A DNA stretch of 64,000 bases, from NCBI GenBank assembly GCA_026770705.1, contig JANJGN010000001.1, positions 109,616,001 through 109,680,000 of the forward strand, written 5' to 3'. The position numbers and the translations under genes were made by a program. Source of the stretch: Isurus oxyrinchus (Eukaryota). Below the pieces are notes generated by a model. It saw nothing but the letters and a program-made list of their open reading frames with translations, searched no databases and was not told the DNA's origin. Shown here in pieces: positions 61,385 to 64,000 of the stretch. Positions within the stretch are counted from its first letter, which is position 1. Every line of letters begins with the position of its first letter.

Positions 61385-64000
61385 CAAACTGAGAGGGCTA
61401 TAAAAAGCAACAAAAATATACAAAGAAAGTAATAAAAGGTGCAAAAGGGAATATGAAAGGAAACTTACAAGGGATATCAAAGCTAACAGTAGACGTTTTT
61501 ATAAATATAGACCAGAAAGAGAATGGTAAAAGGGAATGTGGGTCCAGTAAAGATGGACACAGTATATACAGGCAGTGAAGGAGCAAATATTTATGTGGAT
61601 TAGGTTTTAGCTATCAACAATAGCAGCAAATTGGGGTACATATCAGACATGATATGACTGAATGGTGAAAGTGTGAGGGGTTGACCAAGCTGGGTTCCTT
61701 TCTCTAGTAAAAAGGCTGAGAGGTGACCTAATAGGGGGAGTTATTATCAGCAGAGACTGACTGAGCACTTGGACAAGTATGAACATGAATTTGTTCGGGG
61801 TAAATAATGTTCAGCTAATCAGGTTGAATTTTTTGAGGACGTTGCTATCAAGGTGGTTAAAGGAGTGCCTATGGATATGATCTATATGGGCTTTGATAAG
61901 ATTCTGCCCAAGTTATTATTAGCAAAAAGTGCATGGAATTGGTAGCAATGTTTGGACGTGGGTTGGAAATTGGTTGGGAGATTGGAGTACTGTAATTGGC
62001 AGCATGAGATGAGTGATGTTCCATAGGGATCTTTACTGGTTCTTCAGCTTTATACCATGTATATGAATGACTGAGATGAAGGAACAGAGAGTTATATATC
62101 CACATTTGCAGATGACACTAAGGCCTGAATTTTCACTCCAGAGCTGGGTACACAGAGCAAGGAGATTTCCCAGCTCCGCAAGCCCGACTCAGGAGCAACT
62201 GCCCTGCACCACTAGATTTTCATTCCCGTGGGAGTGGGGCGTGCTTACTGAAGTCGGGTCGGCCGCCCCCAGAAACACTGTAGCAGCAGCTACAGGGGCT
62301 GCCGAACAGCAAGGCGGGCTATTTAAAAGGCCTGCTTCAGTACTCTGGGACTTTGTCCCAGTTGTAATAAAAACAGTAATACAAAAAACAGCCCTTTGGT
62401 CCTCACCCCTCACCACCTCTCACTCTCCACACACTCCCCATGCCCTATCCATGCCAACTCATGCCACCTCTTGCTCCCACCCATCCTCCCATGGCTCCTC
62501 ATACCCTCCATGCCAACATACACCCCTCTACCCACCCTCCATGGCCCTTTATATCCCCTATGTCAATTTTGTGCCACCACATGCCTACTCATGCCCTCCA
62601 CCCACCACCTTTTGTCCTTACACCTTCCATGCTGACACATGCAGTATCCACCCTGGGCAGACCCCAGGAGTCATGGTGAGATGAAATAAAGTAGTTCTAA
62701 ATATCTATTACAGATTTCACTATATTGAAAAAAGTCAGTCTCATTAATAAAAGCCCATTCAATCCATTTAAATCCCTTCAAGAACTTAACCCTCTTTAAA
62801 ACAAAAATTTGCATTCATTGCCCCACATCAAAGATACCTAATCCCTTCATAACCACTTGGAACTGTCAATTAAAGTGTGAATTTACAGCCCCATCCCCAT
62901 ACCCCACAGTGATAATGATAGATTGTCAAGCAGAAATCATACCATATGTCAATAAACATCTACTGAAATTGCAAGCACCATTTTTTACAACTGCAGGCTG
63001 TCTTTCTTTTATTTAAAGAACAGTGGGTTAAATGATTTGACAGCTTTACAGTTCCTTAGGTCTTATCCATTTTTTGTGCACATTCATGTCTACTCTGATT
63101 AATCCCACCTTGGGGTGGGACATATTTCTGGCAAAGGAGTACCTGACCTCTCCCAAAGGGTATCTGACCACTCCAAAGAATTCTGGCAGGTTTAAATCTT
63201 TTCCTCGAATTTGTAAATTCCACAAATCTTGTTTCAGAAGCTTGGGTGACAAAAACTGATTCTGATTGAAGGTAACTGCACTTTTAAATGTGCCATTACC
63301 TCCGTGGACCACAGATGTGTGAAATATGTCCAACATCCCTGCCCTTTGGCAAAAATGGTGGGTGCCAGAAACAGGGGTGGGAGTTCTGGATTCAGGGCTC
63401 TGGTGCCATTTTGGTTAAGGTGCAGGGCCCTTCTGTTTTTGTGAAAATTCGTGCCTAAGTTAGGAGACACAATAAGCTATGCTGATGGGGGCAAGAAGCT
63501 ACAATGTGACTTAAACAGATGCATTCAATTTGGAGAGATGTGAATTCAACCACTTTGGATCCAAGGAACACAAGTCAGAGTAATTACTTAATGATGAGAA
63601 ACTAGAAACTGTGGAGCAGCAAAGAAATTTGGGTGTCCATGCACACAGATCATTAAAAGCTAGCAGACGGGTACAAAAGCTAATGGAATGTTGGCCTCTC
63701 ATCTCAAGGGGGCTGGAATACAAAGGGGAGGAAGTTAGCTTCAGTTGTTTAGGGTAGATTTTTACTGCGTGATAGTGTAAAATGGGTGGATGCAAATCAA
63801 CAACCTGTTTTACATTGATCCCGATTTTTATTTCCGTTAACCTCAGGAGCCTCGTTCAGGCCTCATTTGAAATATTGCTGTTCTGGGCACTGCATCTCAG
63901 GAAGGATATATTGGTCTTAGAGGGAGCACATTGTACAATGACCAGAATAATTTAGGGGCTTAAAGGCTTAAATTATGGGGACATGTTGCAAACATTTAGC
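61385..64000 (+). mobile_element. Old CR1 LINE fragments
   Basis: MDMIYMGFDK, STFADDT|KLGDT, RNLGVHAHRSLK, VRPHLKYC..WA.HL motifs. Confidence 0.8.
62122..63455. mobile_element. Non-autonomous Harbinger-like element (1334 bp) inserted in the CR1 FADD motif
   Basis: TIRs GGCCTGAATTTTCAC / GTGAAAATTCGTGCC with canonical TAA TSD (62119-62121, 63456-63458). Removal restores FADDTKLGDT. Confidence 0.92.

Overview
This is eukaryotic, repeat-dominated DNA from a vertebrate. The mix of CR1/HER1-type LINEs, L2, Penelope-like ends, short-LTR Gypsy elements and many Harbinger derivatives suggests a cartilaginous fish (inference). I found no intact host protein-coding gene, rRNA, functional tRNA or CRISPR array. 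The ORF-track entries I could assign are transposon debris or low-complexity artefacts. The clearest structure is a nested stack at ~30.4-41.2 kb. A decayed Gypsy retrotransposon carries a complete 4.16-kb two-gene PIF/Harbinger transposon (spliced Myb/SANT gene plus convergent DDE transposase, ATA target duplication) and a 99-bp hammerhead-like Penelope fragment, and it abuts a hAT transposase relic split by a MITE. Related Harbinger copies and MITEs are spread across the window. One copy has amplified a single subterminal 42-bp motif into a 12-copy minisatellite. A few repeat-free islands hold candidate enhancers and one well-bounded 80-nt minus-strand exon candidate. I could not demonstrate a new biological system; the best leads are in findings. 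Boundaries without a stated TIR or TSD are approximate (about +/-30-50 bp).
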